From assembly GCA_027623675.1 (NCBI GenBank), contig JAQBVF010000001.1:1-64000 (forward strand): 64,000 nt of DNA, written 5' to 3'. Position numbers and translations under genes: made by a program. Positions 45,314 to 55,240 of the stretch are shown here, piece after piece; the stretch's first letter is position 1, and every line of letters starts with the position of its first letter. The stretch is from Chloroflexota bacterium. GTDB lineage: Bacteria > Chloroflexota > Dehalococcoidia > Lucifugimonadales > UBA3495. The notes beneath the pieces were generated by a model. The model was not told where the DNA came from and did not search any database. It saw only the letters and a program-made list of their open reading frames with translations.

Positions 45314-46234
45314 ATGCGAATAGCAGTTGTGGGCGCCGGCGGCGTCGGAGGGTGCATCGGCGGTCTGCTGACCAAGGCGGGCAACGACGTCTGGCTCATC
45401 GCCCGGGGCGAACACCTGAAGGCCATGCAGACCAATGGCCTGCGGCTGGTCCGGCCCGGGGGTGAATTCACGGTGCCGGTTAACGCCACCGGCGACCCGG
45501 CTGAGATTGGCCTGGTAGACCTGGTGCTGTTCACCGTAAAGACCATGCAGAACCGCCAGATAATCACCTCGCTCAGGCCGCTGGTTGGCCCCAAAACCTC
45601 GGTCCTAACGCTGCAGAACGGCGTGGAGAGCCACGAACAACTGGGCGCTGTTCTAGGCTCCCAATGCGTTCTCCCCGGAGCGTATTGGGCCTCGTCCTAC
45701 ATCAAATCTCCGGGCGTGATCGTCGAATCCATCGAAGCCCGGATCTCCTTCGGCGAGCTCGACGATGCCGAAAGCCTTCGCGCATTGGACATCCGCAAGG
45801 TCCTCAGGGACGCGGGCATCGAAACGGAATTGTCGCCCGACCCGATGGAAGTGCTCTGGCGAAAGTTCATCGTTCTTAGCTCCGCCGCCGGCATGACCAG
45901 CGCCGCGCAAACCAGGATGAGTGAGTTGCTGAAATTTCCCGACGCCCGGAAGATGTTCTGTGACGCCATGGCCGAGGCGCTGATCGTTGGTCTGACCCGA
46001 GGAATCAACCTTCCGGATAACCTGGTCCAGGAGTCATTGGCCTACATGGACGGCCTGCCCGATTTCCAGAACTCGATGCACAGCGACTACGAGAACGGAC
46101 GGCCCACAGAGTTGGACGCCCTATCCGGGGCGGTGGTCAGGCTTGGCAAACAGGTGGGCGTGCCAACCCCGGTGCACCGCTTCCTGTATTCCATACTGCT
46201 GCCCCACAAAGACGGTATACCGGACCCGGATTAG
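45314..46234 (+). CDS. Ketopantoate reductase family protein (PanE/ApbA), copy 2
   Basis: MRIAVVGAGGVG, LQNGV, LWRKF, SMHSD...GRPTE. Confidence 0.9.
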   Translation: MRIAVVGAGGVGGCIGGLLTKAGNDVWLIARGEHLKAMQTNGLRLVRPGGEFTVPVNATGDPAEIGLVDLVLFTVKTMQNRQIITSLRPLVGPKTSVLTLQNGVESHEQLGAVLGSQCVLPGAYWASSYIKSPGVIVESIEARISFGELDDAESLRALDIRKVLRDAGIETELSPDPMEVLWRKFIVLSSAAGMTSAAQTRMSELLKFPDARKMFCDAMAEALIVGLTRGINLPDNLVQESLAYMDGLPDFQNSMHSDYENGRPTELDALSGAVVRLGKQVGVPTPVHRFLYSILLPHKDGIPDPD

Positions 46235-46323
46235 TCTCCCCGGAGGCCCTGGCCGATTCCATACGGGACGATATCAGCCTATAATAGGCCCGTGCACAGT
46301 CGATTTCGGAGTGACCAATAACC

Positions 46324-47592
46324 TTGTTTCAAGCGCCCCGGGGAACCGCAGACCACCTGCCTGAAGAACAGAAATACTGGCGGTATATCGAGTCCAAGGC
46401 CATGGAAGTCGCCGCCCGGTTCGGCTTTGGCCGTATCGACACACCGGCGTTCGAAGACTCGAACCTTTTCATCCGCTCGGTGGGCGAAGGGACGGACATC
46501 GTCGAGAAAGAGATGTACACCTTCGAAGACCGTGGCGGAGACAGCGTTACCCTGCGCCCCGAGGGCACCGCGCCGGTTTGCCGGGCCTATCTGGAACACG
46601 GGATGCACAACCTGCCCCAGCCCGTGCGGATGTATTACTTCTGCCCTGTTTTCAGGTACGAGCGCCCCCAGGCGGGACGCTTCCGCCAGCACCACCAGTT
46701 CGGGGTTGAAGTGCTGGGCGACGCCGACCCTTCGGTGGACGCCGAGGTCATCGAAGTCGCCTGGGACCTGATGACCAGCCTGGGCCTGAAAAACATCAAC
46801 CTGCTGATCAACAGCGTCGGCGACCCCCAGTGCCGCCCGGCCTACGTCGAGAAACTGCGGGACTATTACTCTGGTCACCGAGCTATCTTGTGTCCGGATT
46901 GCACAACGAGGTTGGAGCGCAACCCCCTGCGGCTGCTGGACTGCAAGGTGGAGACCTGCCACGCCCTGGGCAACGACGCGCCCCGGTCGGCCGACAATCT
47001 CTGCGAGGAGTGCAACAACCACTGGGACAAGCTGCGGCAGTATCTGGATTCCATGGAGTTGCCTTACCAGATCGACCACCGCATGGTCCGCGGCCTGGAT
47101 TACTACACCCGCACCGTCTTCGAGGTGCAGCCGGTGGACGGCGGCGGTCAGTCGACCATCTGCGGCGGGGGACGCTACGACGGACTGATCACCGAGCTTG
47201 GCGGGAGGGAAACGCCGGGCATCGGCTTCGCCACCGGCATCGAGCGGCTGACGCTGAACCTGAAAAGCGGCGAGGTGCCGGTTCCCGACGAGCCGTCGCC
47301 GCGCTACCTGGTGGCCAACGTGGGCGACAATGCCCGGATCGCCGCCCTGGAACTCTCCGTGCGCCTCCGCCGGGCCGGTGTCGGCGCCATCCTGAGCAGC
47401 GGCGCCCGGGGCCTGCGTGGACAGATGCGTCAGGCCAACGCCCTAAACATCCCCTACGCCCTGATTCTAGGTGACGATGAGATTGAGAAGGGCGAGGTAG
47501 TTGTCAGGGACATGGAATCGTCGGTCCAAGAGAGCAAACCGTTGGAGAAATTCATCGAGGAAGCGTCCAAGTCCCACGCCAAAGGCGATTGA
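46324..47592 (+). CDS. hisS: Histidine--tRNA ligase
   Basis: PRGTAD, KEMYTF, LRPEGTA, FRYERPQAGR.RQ, VRGLDYY, GGGRYDGL. Confidence 0.97.
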   Translation: MFQAPRGTADHLPEEQKYWRYIESKAMEVAARFGFGRIDTPAFEDSNLFIRSVGEGTDIVEKEMYTFEDRGGDSVTLRPEGTAPVCRAYLEHGMHNLPQPVRMYYFCPVFRYERPQAGRFRQHHQFGVEVLGDADPSVDAEVIEVAWDLMTSLGLKNINLLINSVGDPQCRPAYVEKLRDYYSGHRAILCPDCTTRLERNPLRLLDCKVETCHALGNDAPRSADNLCEECNNHWDKLRQYLDSMELPYQIDHRMVRGLDYYTRTVFEVQPVDGGGQSTICGGGRYDGLITELGGRETPGIGFATGIERLTLNLKSGEVPVPDEPSPRYLVANVGDNARIAALELSVRLRRAGVGAILSSGARGLRGQMRQANALNIPYALILGDDEIEKGEVVVRDMESSVQESKPLEKFIEEASKSHAKGD

Positions 47593-47663
47593 TCTAATCG
47601 GTTAAATTAGAATAGGTAGAAGGCAAGGACGGTTGGTGAGGTGCGGATGTTGGGAGGAAGGGC

Positions 47664-48404
47664 ATGAGGCGGTTGGGCGTATTCTTGGTTCCCATCATGC
47701 TGTTGGCTGTGGCCTGCAGTGAGTTAATGACGCCCGGCACGCCCCTGCCTCCCAACCTGGAAGCCACGGTTCGCGCATTGGTTGCCGAGGCCCAAGGCGC
47801 CAACCAGCCGGCCCAAGAGCAACCCGACAACCAAGCCACCATCGCGGCACAGGTCCAGGCGACCGTCCGGGCCCTTCTGGAAGCCACACCCATTCCATCC
47901 CCAACGCCGACCCAAGCCGCCGTGCCCACACCAACGCCGACCCGGACCAGTTCCGGCGGTATCCCGGCCGGCCCCACGCCCCCCTTGGCGGGGAGTGTTT
48001 CGACTTTCCCAACGGCAACGCCCACGGCCATTCCAACGATCGGGCCTACAATGCAAACCGGATGCTCGGTGGCGCCCGACGGCGTGATCGTCTCAGCATG
48101 GGTGAACGGCGTTCTGGCGGCTTCCACCACGGTCAAGTCAGGGGAATACCACCTGCGCGTGGAACAACCTCCGGAATCGTCTTTCAGCGGCCAGACCATC
48201 AATTTCACAGTGGGGAATGCCGAAGCCGCTCAGACCCTCGCGTGGGTGCAGGGCGATGCCACCAAGTTGGACCTGACTGCACCGGAATCTGGAACTAGTG
48301 CTGCGCCAAAAATCGCTGGTCAACCCTCACTCAAAGGCGGACCGCTAGCCCAACCGGTCCCGCCTCACATCGTTCTCGGCGCAGTATCCATCGGCAATTG
48401 CTGA
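47664..48404 (+). CDS. Lipoprotein with Pro/Thr-rich linker and C-terminal beta-sandwich-like domain
   Basis: Lipobox LAVAC, PT repeats, GGAGG RBS. Confidence 0.75.
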   Translation: MRRLGVFLVPIMLLAVACSELMTPGTPLPPNLEATVRALVAEAQGANQPAQEQPDNQATIAAQVQATVRALLEATPIPSPTPTQAAVPTPTPTRTSSGGIPAGPTPPLAGSVSTFPTATPTAIPTIGPTMQTGCSVAPDGVIVSAWVNGVLAASTTVKSGEYHLRVEQPPESSFSGQTINFTVGNAEAAQTLAWVQGDATKLDLTAPESGTSAAPKIAGQPSLKGGPLAQPVPPHIVLGAVSIGNC

Positions 48405-48570
48405 CGGGTCGCTAGCCGGGCGTCCTCCCGCGATCTTTCGCCGGGTAGGGCGAAGCCTCCCATATCCCTTCCTCGGAAAGTTAACCCTCCCCACACTTCC
48501 GGATATCCTTCGGCCTGTCTCGGGAACTGCGCCGATGACATTTCCTCGTTGACCCTCGGGACAAAACATT

Positions 48571-48584
48571 AGAACATATGTCCT
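48571..48584. promoter_or_regulatory. Putative LexA (SOS) box
   Basis: AGAAC-ATAT-GTCCT, one mismatch to AGAAC-N4-GTTCT, just downstream of TTGACC (48549-48554). Confidence 0.55.
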
Positions 48585-48671
48585 GCATTGGTTCTATTGG
48601 TTCCCAACGGCGTCCCGCAGCGGCCCATCCGGGTCTGGACGGCGGTTGGAGACATGAGGAGGGCGGCAACC

Positions 48672-48869
48672 ATGAATATCTATTACCGGGGTTACGTCAT
48701 CAACGAAGAGATTCCGTCCATCAGCTATTCGGTGCACGGGCGCCGTCCGGAGCGGTCCGAACTGACCGCCAGAAGCACCGCGCGCCAAGCCATGGAGTGG
48801 ATCGACGGCGATGTCAAACGGGAAGCTATCTTGGGGGCCGCCAAGGCCTTGCAGCCGCTCGCATCCTGA
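48672..48869 (+). CDS. Small hypothetical protein (65 aa)
   Basis: Strong GAGGAGG RBS before ATG 48672; MNIYYRGYVI...AMEWID. Confidence 0.65.
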   Translation: MNIYYRGYVINEEIPSISYSVHGRRPERSELTARSTARQAMEWIDGDVKREAILGAAKALQPLAS

Positions 48870-48973
48870 AACGCCAAGATTCCACGACCAACAAGACCCT
48901 AACGGGCCATGTAAAAGAACATACCGGGTTGCCACGGGGCCTCTTTGACGGGAGAATGGGCGGATGGCCAACC

Positions 48974-49001
48974 GCTGACGGCTGAAAGCTGATCGCTGAC
49001 A
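48974..49001. repeat. Heptamer tandem repeat GCTGANN x4
   Basis: GCTGACG GCTGAAA GCTGATC GCTGACA. Confidence 0.7.
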
Positions 49002-49038
49002 GACCCCGGCGGGCGGCCGACGATGAAAGGGGGCTCAT

Positions 49039-49782
49039 TTGATGGCAACCCAAGCAAACGACGATGGACCCGCCATTGGCGGGTCCATCTCTTATTCCAA
49101 GGTCCTAGACCTCAGTTGGCCGGTCAACGCGGCGATGCCTTTGTGGCCGGGGGACCCCAACATCGAGTTCGATACCGTCGCTGATCTCGAATCTTCCGGC
49201 TACTTCCTGCGCCGGTTCTCCATGGGGGAGCATGCAGGCACGCATCTCAGCGCACCGGCCGGTTTCTTTGCCGGCGCTCCGGGACACGAGAGCTTCTCGC
49301 CCCAGGACCTGGTGCGGCCGGCCATAGTCATCGACGTCACGGCCAAGGCACAAGACGACCGGGACTACGCCCTTTCCATGAACGATGTCCTGGACTGGGA
49401 GTCGGACCACGGCCCGGTGCCCCACGGCGGTGTGGCATTGCTCCGCACCGGATGGGAAACCAAGTGGACCAGTCCCCAGGAATATCTGGGCGGGACCGTG
49501 GCCAAAGGTCTGCATTTCCCAGGATTTGGGCTGGACGCGGCCCGGCTTCTACTGGAAGGCCGGGGCGCGGCCGGCTTCGGCGTCGACACCGCCGGCGTCG
49601 AACCAGGCAACGAAACCGGATTCCCAGTAACCCGCTTCGCGCTGAAACAACGCCGCATCGTGCTGGAGAACCTGGCCGGCCTTGGCCGTATGCCGGCCAA
49701 CGGAGCGCTGCTGGTGATCGGCCTTCTCCGGCTGGACGGCGGCAGCGGCGGCCCGGCGGCGGTCACGGCGCTGGTTCCGTAA
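49039..49782 (+). CDS. Cyclase family (kynurenine formamidase-like) protein
   Basis: DLS...MPLWPGDP, EHAGTHLSAP, LLRTGW, HFPG, GVDT, LENL. Confidence 0.88.
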   Translation: MMATQANDDGPAIGGSISYSKVLDLSWPVNAAMPLWPGDPNIEFDTVADLESSGYFLRRFSMGEHAGTHLSAPAGFFAGAPGHESFSPQDLVRPAIVIDVTAKAQDDRDYALSMNDVLDWESDHGPVPHGGVALLRTGWETKWTSPQEYLGGTVAKGLHFPGFGLDAARLLLEGRGAAGFGVDTAGVEPGNETGFPVTRFALKQRRIVLENLAGLGRMPANGALLVIGLLRLDGGSGGPAAVTALVP

Positions 49783-49823
49783 ACCTCCAGCACCTGGCCA
49801 CGACGATAGCCGATGGACGGCGC

Positions 49824-50219
49824 CTAGATACTGGCGATGCCGGCCTTGGCGCAGTCTTCGTCTTCCTGGCTGGTGCCGCCACCGACGCCCACCGCTCCGT
49901 CAACGACTCCGTTCCTGATGACCGGCGCGCCGCCCTGGCTGGGGATGCCGTGGCCGCCCTCCGCGCCAAGGATGCCTTTGATTATGGGCGATTCAGCCCG
50001 CTCCTGAAGCTCGCCGCTGGGCCGCCCGAACGCAGCCGAAGCCACCGCCTTGCCCTGGGAACCGTAGGCCCCGCCCCAGATCGCTCCGTCCATGCGGTTG
50101 AAGGCGAGCAATCGTCCGCCGGCGTCGCACACCGCGACGTTGATCTTGATGTTCAGTTCCTCGGCCTTGGCGATGGCGCCGGCCACCATCCGGTTGGCTT
50201 CCTCAAGGGTTATAGCCAT
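49824..50219 (-). CDS. GlcG/HbpS-like heme-binding protein
   Basis: VAVCDAGG, RMDGA, KA, GG.P....G..GAVGVGGG...ED; GGAGG RBS. Confidence 0.9.
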   Translation of the reverse strand: MAITLEEANRMVAGAIAKAEELNIKINVAVCDAGGRLLAFNRMDGAIWGGAYGSQGKAVASAAFGRPSGELQERAESPIIKGILGAEGGHGIPSQGGAPVIRNGVVDGAVGVGGGTSQEDEDCAKAGIASI

Positions 50220-50460
50220 GATGCCCTCCAAATAAACTCTGCGATGTCGGTGCACTTTTGCGCGGGCGGACCGCCAAGGAGCGGCCGGTTGGTCCCGACC
50301 GAGGCGGACGGCCGCGAAAAAGTAGGGCCATTCTAGCTCAGGCGGCCAGCCACGCCAATGGGGATGATCGCTTTGCCCGAAATAGTCGGCGCCCAGGCAC
50401 GGTGTTATACTGCCATGACACGCTAAACCCTTACGGAACCGTTGGAGACTCACACCCCAT

Positions 50461-51288
50461 TTGCTGACTAAACGTATAATCCCGTGCCTGGATGTGGACG
50501 CCGGCCGGGTCGTGAAAGGCGTCAGCTTCGTCGAACTGCGCGACGCCGGAGACCCAGCCGAACTGGCTGCTTTCTACGACCAGCAGGGCGGCGACGAACT
50601 GGTCTTTCTGGACATCACCGCCAGTTCCGATTCCAGAGACACCATGGTGGACGTGGTACAGCGTGTGTCGGAGCAGGTTTTCATCCCCCTGACCGTCGGC
50701 GGCGGGATCCGCTCGGTGGAAGATATTCGCCGCATGCTGAAGGCGGGGGCGGACAAGGTCGGCGTGAACACCGCCGCCGTAAACGACCCACAACTGGTTA
50801 ATCTGGGTGCAGCCGCGTTCGGCAATCAGTGCATCGTGGTGGCCATCGACGCCAAACGGGTCTCCAGCCCGGACGGAGCGCCCACTCCCAAGACCGCCGA
50901 TCTGGCCTTGGATGAAGGCTCCCGGTGGCAGGTCTACACCCACGGCGGCCGTACTCCCACTGGGATAGACGCCGTTAAGTGGGCGATCAGGGTGGTGGAA
51001 TCAGGCGCCGGGGAGATACTGCTCACCAGCATGGACGAAGACGGCCAGTTGTCGGGCTATGACCTCGGCCTGACCCGCACCGTATCCGAGGCGGTGCCGG
51101 TGCCGGTGATCGCCAGCGGCGGGGCCGGGGAACTGCAACATCTGTACCAAGCCTTGGAGGAAGGGAAGGCCGACGCCGTTCTGGCAGCCAGCATCTTCCA
51201 CTTTGGGACGTTTACCATCGACCAGGCCAAGGAATACCTCAAGAGCAAGGGCGTGCCGGTGAGACCCGCCTATTCCGGGGCCGGTTAG
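50461..51288 (+). CDS. hisF: Imidazole glycerol phosphate synthase cyclase subunit
   Basis: [51 protein letters not shown]. Confidence 0.97.
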   Translation: MLTKRIIPCLDVDAGRVVKGVSFVELRDAGDPAELAAFYDQQGGDELVFLDITASSDSRDTMVDVVQRVSEQVFIPLTVGGGIRSVEDIRRMLKAGADKVGVNTAAVNDPQLVNLGAAAFGNQCIVVAIDAKRVSSPDGAPTPKTADLALDEGSRWQVYTHGGRTPTGIDAVKWAIRVVESGAGEILLTSMDEDGQLSGYDLGLTRTVSEAVPVPVIASGGAGELQHLYQALEEGKADAVLAASIFHFGTFTIDQAKEYLKSKGVPVRPAYSGAG

Positions 51289-51325
51289 CCTCGCCCTAAC
51301 ATTGAAAACTGATAGGTAAGAACAG

Positions 51326-52033
51326 ATGCCGCGAATCACGACTGTAATCTTCGACATGTACGAGACCCTGGTCCAAAATCCCTTTGAGATGGGCAAGATA
51401 AGCTTTGCCCAGACCATCGAGGACCAAGGGTTGGACACGACCGTCGATGAGCTTTGGGCCGGCTGGCTGCCCGCCGAGGAGGAGTTCCGCAACACCCGCG
51501 TCGAGCCGAGCCGGCCCTTCCAGAGTTATTTCAGCGCCTGGAAAGGCGGATTTGAACGATCGTTCGCCAGCCTCAATCTGGACGGCGACGCCCAGGCTGC
51601 AACGGAGCAATTCTTCCGCCATCTGTCCCGGCGCAGTCCGTATCCCGAAACCAACGAGGCGGTGGCCGATGTCCAGATGCGTTACCGGACAGCCCTGCTC
51701 TCCAATGCCGACGACGGTTTCTTGCTGCCCAATCTGGAGCTTTTGGAAGTCGGGTTCGAGACGATCTTGACCTCTGAGCAAGCCCAGATGTACAAACCCA
51801 GGCCCGAGCTGTTCCAGTTGATGCTGGAGCGGCTGGGGGTTTCACCCGATGAATCTGCCTATGTGGGAGACCGGCAGTTGGAAGATGTGGCGGGGCCCAG
51901 TGAAGCCGGGATTCACCCGGTCTGGATCAACCGTGGGAACCGGCCCTTAGACCCAAATCTGCCAACTCCCCCGAACCAGATATCCAGCCTGTCCGAACTT
52001 CCCAAGCTGTTGGACAAAGGGCTGCAGTCCTAG
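51326..52033 (+). CDS. HAD family hydrolase
   Basis: FDMYETL, LSNAD, KP, YVGD...D. Confidence 0.9.
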   Translation: MPRITTVIFDMYETLVQNPFEMGKISFAQTIEDQGLDTTVDELWAGWLPAEEEFRNTRVEPSRPFQSYFSAWKGGFERSFASLNLDGDAQAATEQFFRHLSRRSPYPETNEAVADVQMRYRTALLSNADDGFLLPNLELLEVGFETILTSEQAQMYKPRPELFQLMLERLGVSPDESAYVGDRQLEDVAGPSEAGIHPVWINRGNRPLDPNLPTPPNQISSLSELPKLLDKGLQS

Positions 52034-52093
52034 TCACAGCCGCCAAACGCGTCACACGACCGGACGCCCCACACAAAAAGAAAAAGGCCATTT

Positions 52094-52714
52094 ATGAAAG
52101 TTAAACTCAACGATCAGGGCCTCTTGCCCGCCATCGCCCAAGACGCCAACACCGGCCAGGTGCTGATGCTGGGCTACATGAACCCAGGTTCCATGAAGCG
52201 CACGGTTGAGGGGGTCCAAGTCTGGTTCTACAGCCGTAGCCGCGAGGACCTTTGGCACAAAGGCGAGGTTTCGGGCAATTATCTGAACCTGAAAGAGGCC
52301 TGGTTCGACTGCGACTCGGACACCGTTCTGCTGAAGGTCGACCCCGACGGCCCCGCCTGCCACACCGGCGAGGTCTCATGCTTCTTCAACAAGCTGGAAG
52401 GTCTGCCTGAGGAATACGAACAGACCGAGTCCGGCCCCAGCGTCCTCGGCGAGTTGTTCGCCCTGATTAAAGACCGCCAGCAAGAGATGCCGGAGGGCAG
52501 CTACACCACCAGCCTGTTCAACGAGGGCGTGCCCCGCATCGCCCAGAAGGTGGTGGAAGAAGCCGGAGAGACCGCCATCGCCGCCGCTATCGGGGACACT
52601 GAAAACCTGCCTGGCGAGATCGCCGATCTGCTGTACCACACCCTGGTCCTGCTGGCCGCCTCAGGCGTCCAACCCGAAGCCGTCTACGAGAAGCTGCGGG
52701 AACGCCGCAAGTAG
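52094..52714 (+). CDS. hisIE: Bifunctional phosphoribosyl-AMP cyclohydrolase / phosphoribosyl-ATP pyrophosphatase
   Basis: YSRSR..LWHKGEVSG, DCDSD, ACHTG..SCF, SYT..L, KVVEEA.E, EIADLLYH. Confidence 0.95.
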   Translation: MKVKLNDQGLLPAIAQDANTGQVLMLGYMNPGSMKRTVEGVQVWFYSRSREDLWHKGEVSGNYLNLKEAWFDCDSDTVLLKVDPDGPACHTGEVSCFFNKLEGLPEEYEQTESGPSVLGELFALIKDRQQEMPEGSYTTSLFNEGVPRIAQKVVEEAGETAIAAAIGDTENLPGEIADLLYHTLVLLAASGVQPEAVYEKLRERRK

Positions 52715-52715
52715 G

Positions 52716-53402
52716 TCAGAACCCGGACGGCAGCATATCCCCGGCTTCGAACACCTGCCACTTTGAGCCCTGGTAGACGGTGACACGGCCGGAGCCGACG
52801 ACCCGCCAACTATCGGGGGTACCCAGACAGCCGGTGCGGGCGTCGATCCCCAGGAAGGTCAGTCCGGCGGGGCCCGTTCGTTGCAGTTCTTTGGCGGTCT
52901 CGGCATGGTCGCGGCTCTCGTGGTGGGGCAGGACGGCCACGCCGGGCACCAGACCCAACGCGTCCACCCAGCCGCCGGCGGTGGGACGGCGCATCATCGA
53001 GCCCATGACCATTGCCCCGGCGCTGGAACCTGCCAGCACCATGCCCCCAGCCACCGCCGCCAGCAGCGCCTTCAGGAACCGCGAGTCTTTGACCGTTGCC
53101 AATAGATGGTCGGGGCTGCCGCCGGTGAAATAGACCACATCAGCCGACGTGGCCGGCGCGAAGAAATCCGGCGATTCCGCCTGACTCCGCTCCAGCAGCA
53201 TCAGTTGACTGGAATCTCCGCCCAGAGCGCCGAAGTGGACCGCGCCGTCATTTGCTGCTTTGGCCGGCCCGTTGACCGCGGCGGTGGGGACCACCACCAC
53301 TCTTGCCGGGTCTTTCCCCGACGCGCGCATGATCGCCACGTCCATGTCCTCACAGCCGCGCCGGAATTCATCGCCGCCAACCAGGGCTATCTGTCCAGGC
53401 AT
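52716..53402 (-). CDS. Peptidase S51 / cyanophycinase-like protein
   Basis: LVGG, VPTA, FTGG, GSSAGAM, PH, GID. Confidence 0.85.
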   Translation of the reverse strand: MPGQIALVGGDEFRRGCEDMDVAIMRASGKDPARVVVVPTAAVNGPAKAANDGAVHFGALGGDSSQLMLLERSQAESPDFFAPATSADVVYFTGGSPDHLLATVKDSRFLKALLAAVAGGMVLAGSSAGAMVMGSMMRRPTAGGWVDALGLVPGVAVLPHHESRDHAETAKELQRTGPAGLTFLGIDARTGCLGTPDSWRVVGSGRVTVYQGSKWQVFEAGDMLPSGF

Positions 53403-53454
53403 ACGCTTTCCTTATCTCTGCATCTCTCCATCTCTGCATCTCTGCCTTGGGCCA

Positions 53455-54856
53455 TCAGGCCAGGTGCTGCACGAAGATGGCCGCCAGACCCAGGAACAAT
53501 ACGAAGCCGATGACATCGGTGAAGGTGGTGACGAACACCGCCGACGATACCGCCGGGTCCATGCGCAGTTGCCGCAATAGAAGCGGTATCCCGGCGCCGA
53601 ACATACCGGCAACCAGCATGTTCCCCATCATGGCCAGGCCCAATACCAGGCCCAAGTAAAAGTTCCCCTTCCACAGGTAGGCCACCACCCCCACGCCAAC
53701 GCCCAGGGCAACCCCGTGGATGAGCCCAAGGGCCAACTCGCGGGTCAATACCCGCAAGCCCAACCTTACGTGGCACCTCGCCCAGGGCCATGCTGCGCAC
53801 CACCAACGTCACGGTCTGGGTGCCGCCGATACCCCCCTGGCCGGCGACCACCGGCAGGAAGACCGCCAGAGCAACCACCCGCGATATCGTATCTTCGAAG
53901 AGGCTGACCACCACCGCCGCCAAGAATGCCGTGCCCAGGTTTATGTAAAGCCAGGGCAGCCTGCGGCGAAGGGAATTGGTCAGGGGGCCGGCGATCCGCT
54001 CCCCGCCGACGCTGGCCATACGGAACATGTCTTCCGTGGCCTCTTCCGCCACCACGTCCACTAGGTCCTCGGCCAGAATCACACCGGTGAGGCGGCCTTC
54101 GGCGTCAACCACCGGCAGGAAGTTTAGATTGTAACGCTGCATCATCCGGGCGCATTCTTCCTGGTCCGTATCGGCGGTAACCGAGTTTATCTCCCGCTCC
54201 ATGATGTCGCCGATCACGGAATTTGACCGGGCGAGGGCCAGACGGGTGACGCTCAATGACCCGACCAATCGGCGTTCGGCGTCCACCACCAGGACCGAGT
54301 GAATGTCCTCAGCGTCCTGACCCAGCAGCCGAAGTTGGTCCAGTGCGATGGGGGTGGTAGTCGTATCGGTCACCATCGGATAGTCTGGAATCATCAGACC
54401 ACCGGCGGTGTCATCACGGTACTGGAGAAGTTCCGTTACCTCGGCGGCATCGGTCATGGCCTCCAAGGTCTCTTGCTGCTTCTCATCAGAAATCTGGCGC
54501 AGCACGTCCACTGCCACGTCGGGGTCGGTAAGGTCTAGGACCTCGGCCAGGTCGGAGGGCTCGCGGCCGCCGACCATCTCCGCCGATTCCGCCGGCTCCA
54601 GATATTCGAGTATCTCCGCAACGACCGCGGAGTCCAATTCGTCCAGCAGGGTCTCCCGGGCCTCGCGGTGGAGCCCGTCCAGTACCTCGCCCTGGTCAAC
54701 CGGGTGCAATTGGCCGAAGCGCTCCAGGGCCTCCGAGCGTTGTTCGGATTCCGGTTGACGGCCAAGTTCCGTGACCAGCTCCTGGACCACCTCTTCGGGT
54801 AGCTGGGCGAGGTCTTCTGTAGGAGGTTCTGGCTGCGTTATTTGGGATTGGTCCAT
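53455..54856 (-). pseudogene. mgtE: MgtE magnesium transporter with a +1 frameshift near 53760
   Basis: MgtE N domain, CBS pair, RRLPWL, GGIGGTQT; the last TM helices (DPAVSSAVFVTTFTD) lie in a different frame (ORF 53455-53763). Confidence 0.85.
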
Positions 54857-55240
54857 GAGGTTTCCGTTGGGGGTGAATTGGGCCTGGGTTCCCTGAAAAT
54901 TCCCTAGATATCCGAACCGAAGATTCCCTGGCGGTCCCGTACATTCCTGGACGTCCAGGAAGCGTTCTGGGAGGGTTCAAGTAGGGTTCAGGGCATTTAC
55001 GATTGTAACAGGGCGTCTTCCGCCATGAAAATCGCACGCCTGCGTTCCCGCCTATTTCGGCTGGGAGCACACCGTGGATCCGTGCTTGAAAACCCTGCGG
55101 CTGTGTTAAAATGTTGGAACGGGTTTCAAGTTTGGCGGCCGGCTAAAGGCCGCTTTTCACATTCTGGCCCATCGCCCGGTTGATATAGTTGCCAAGATCT
55201 GCCCGGCAGACACTCGCAGACACTCAAGGACCCTTCTGAA

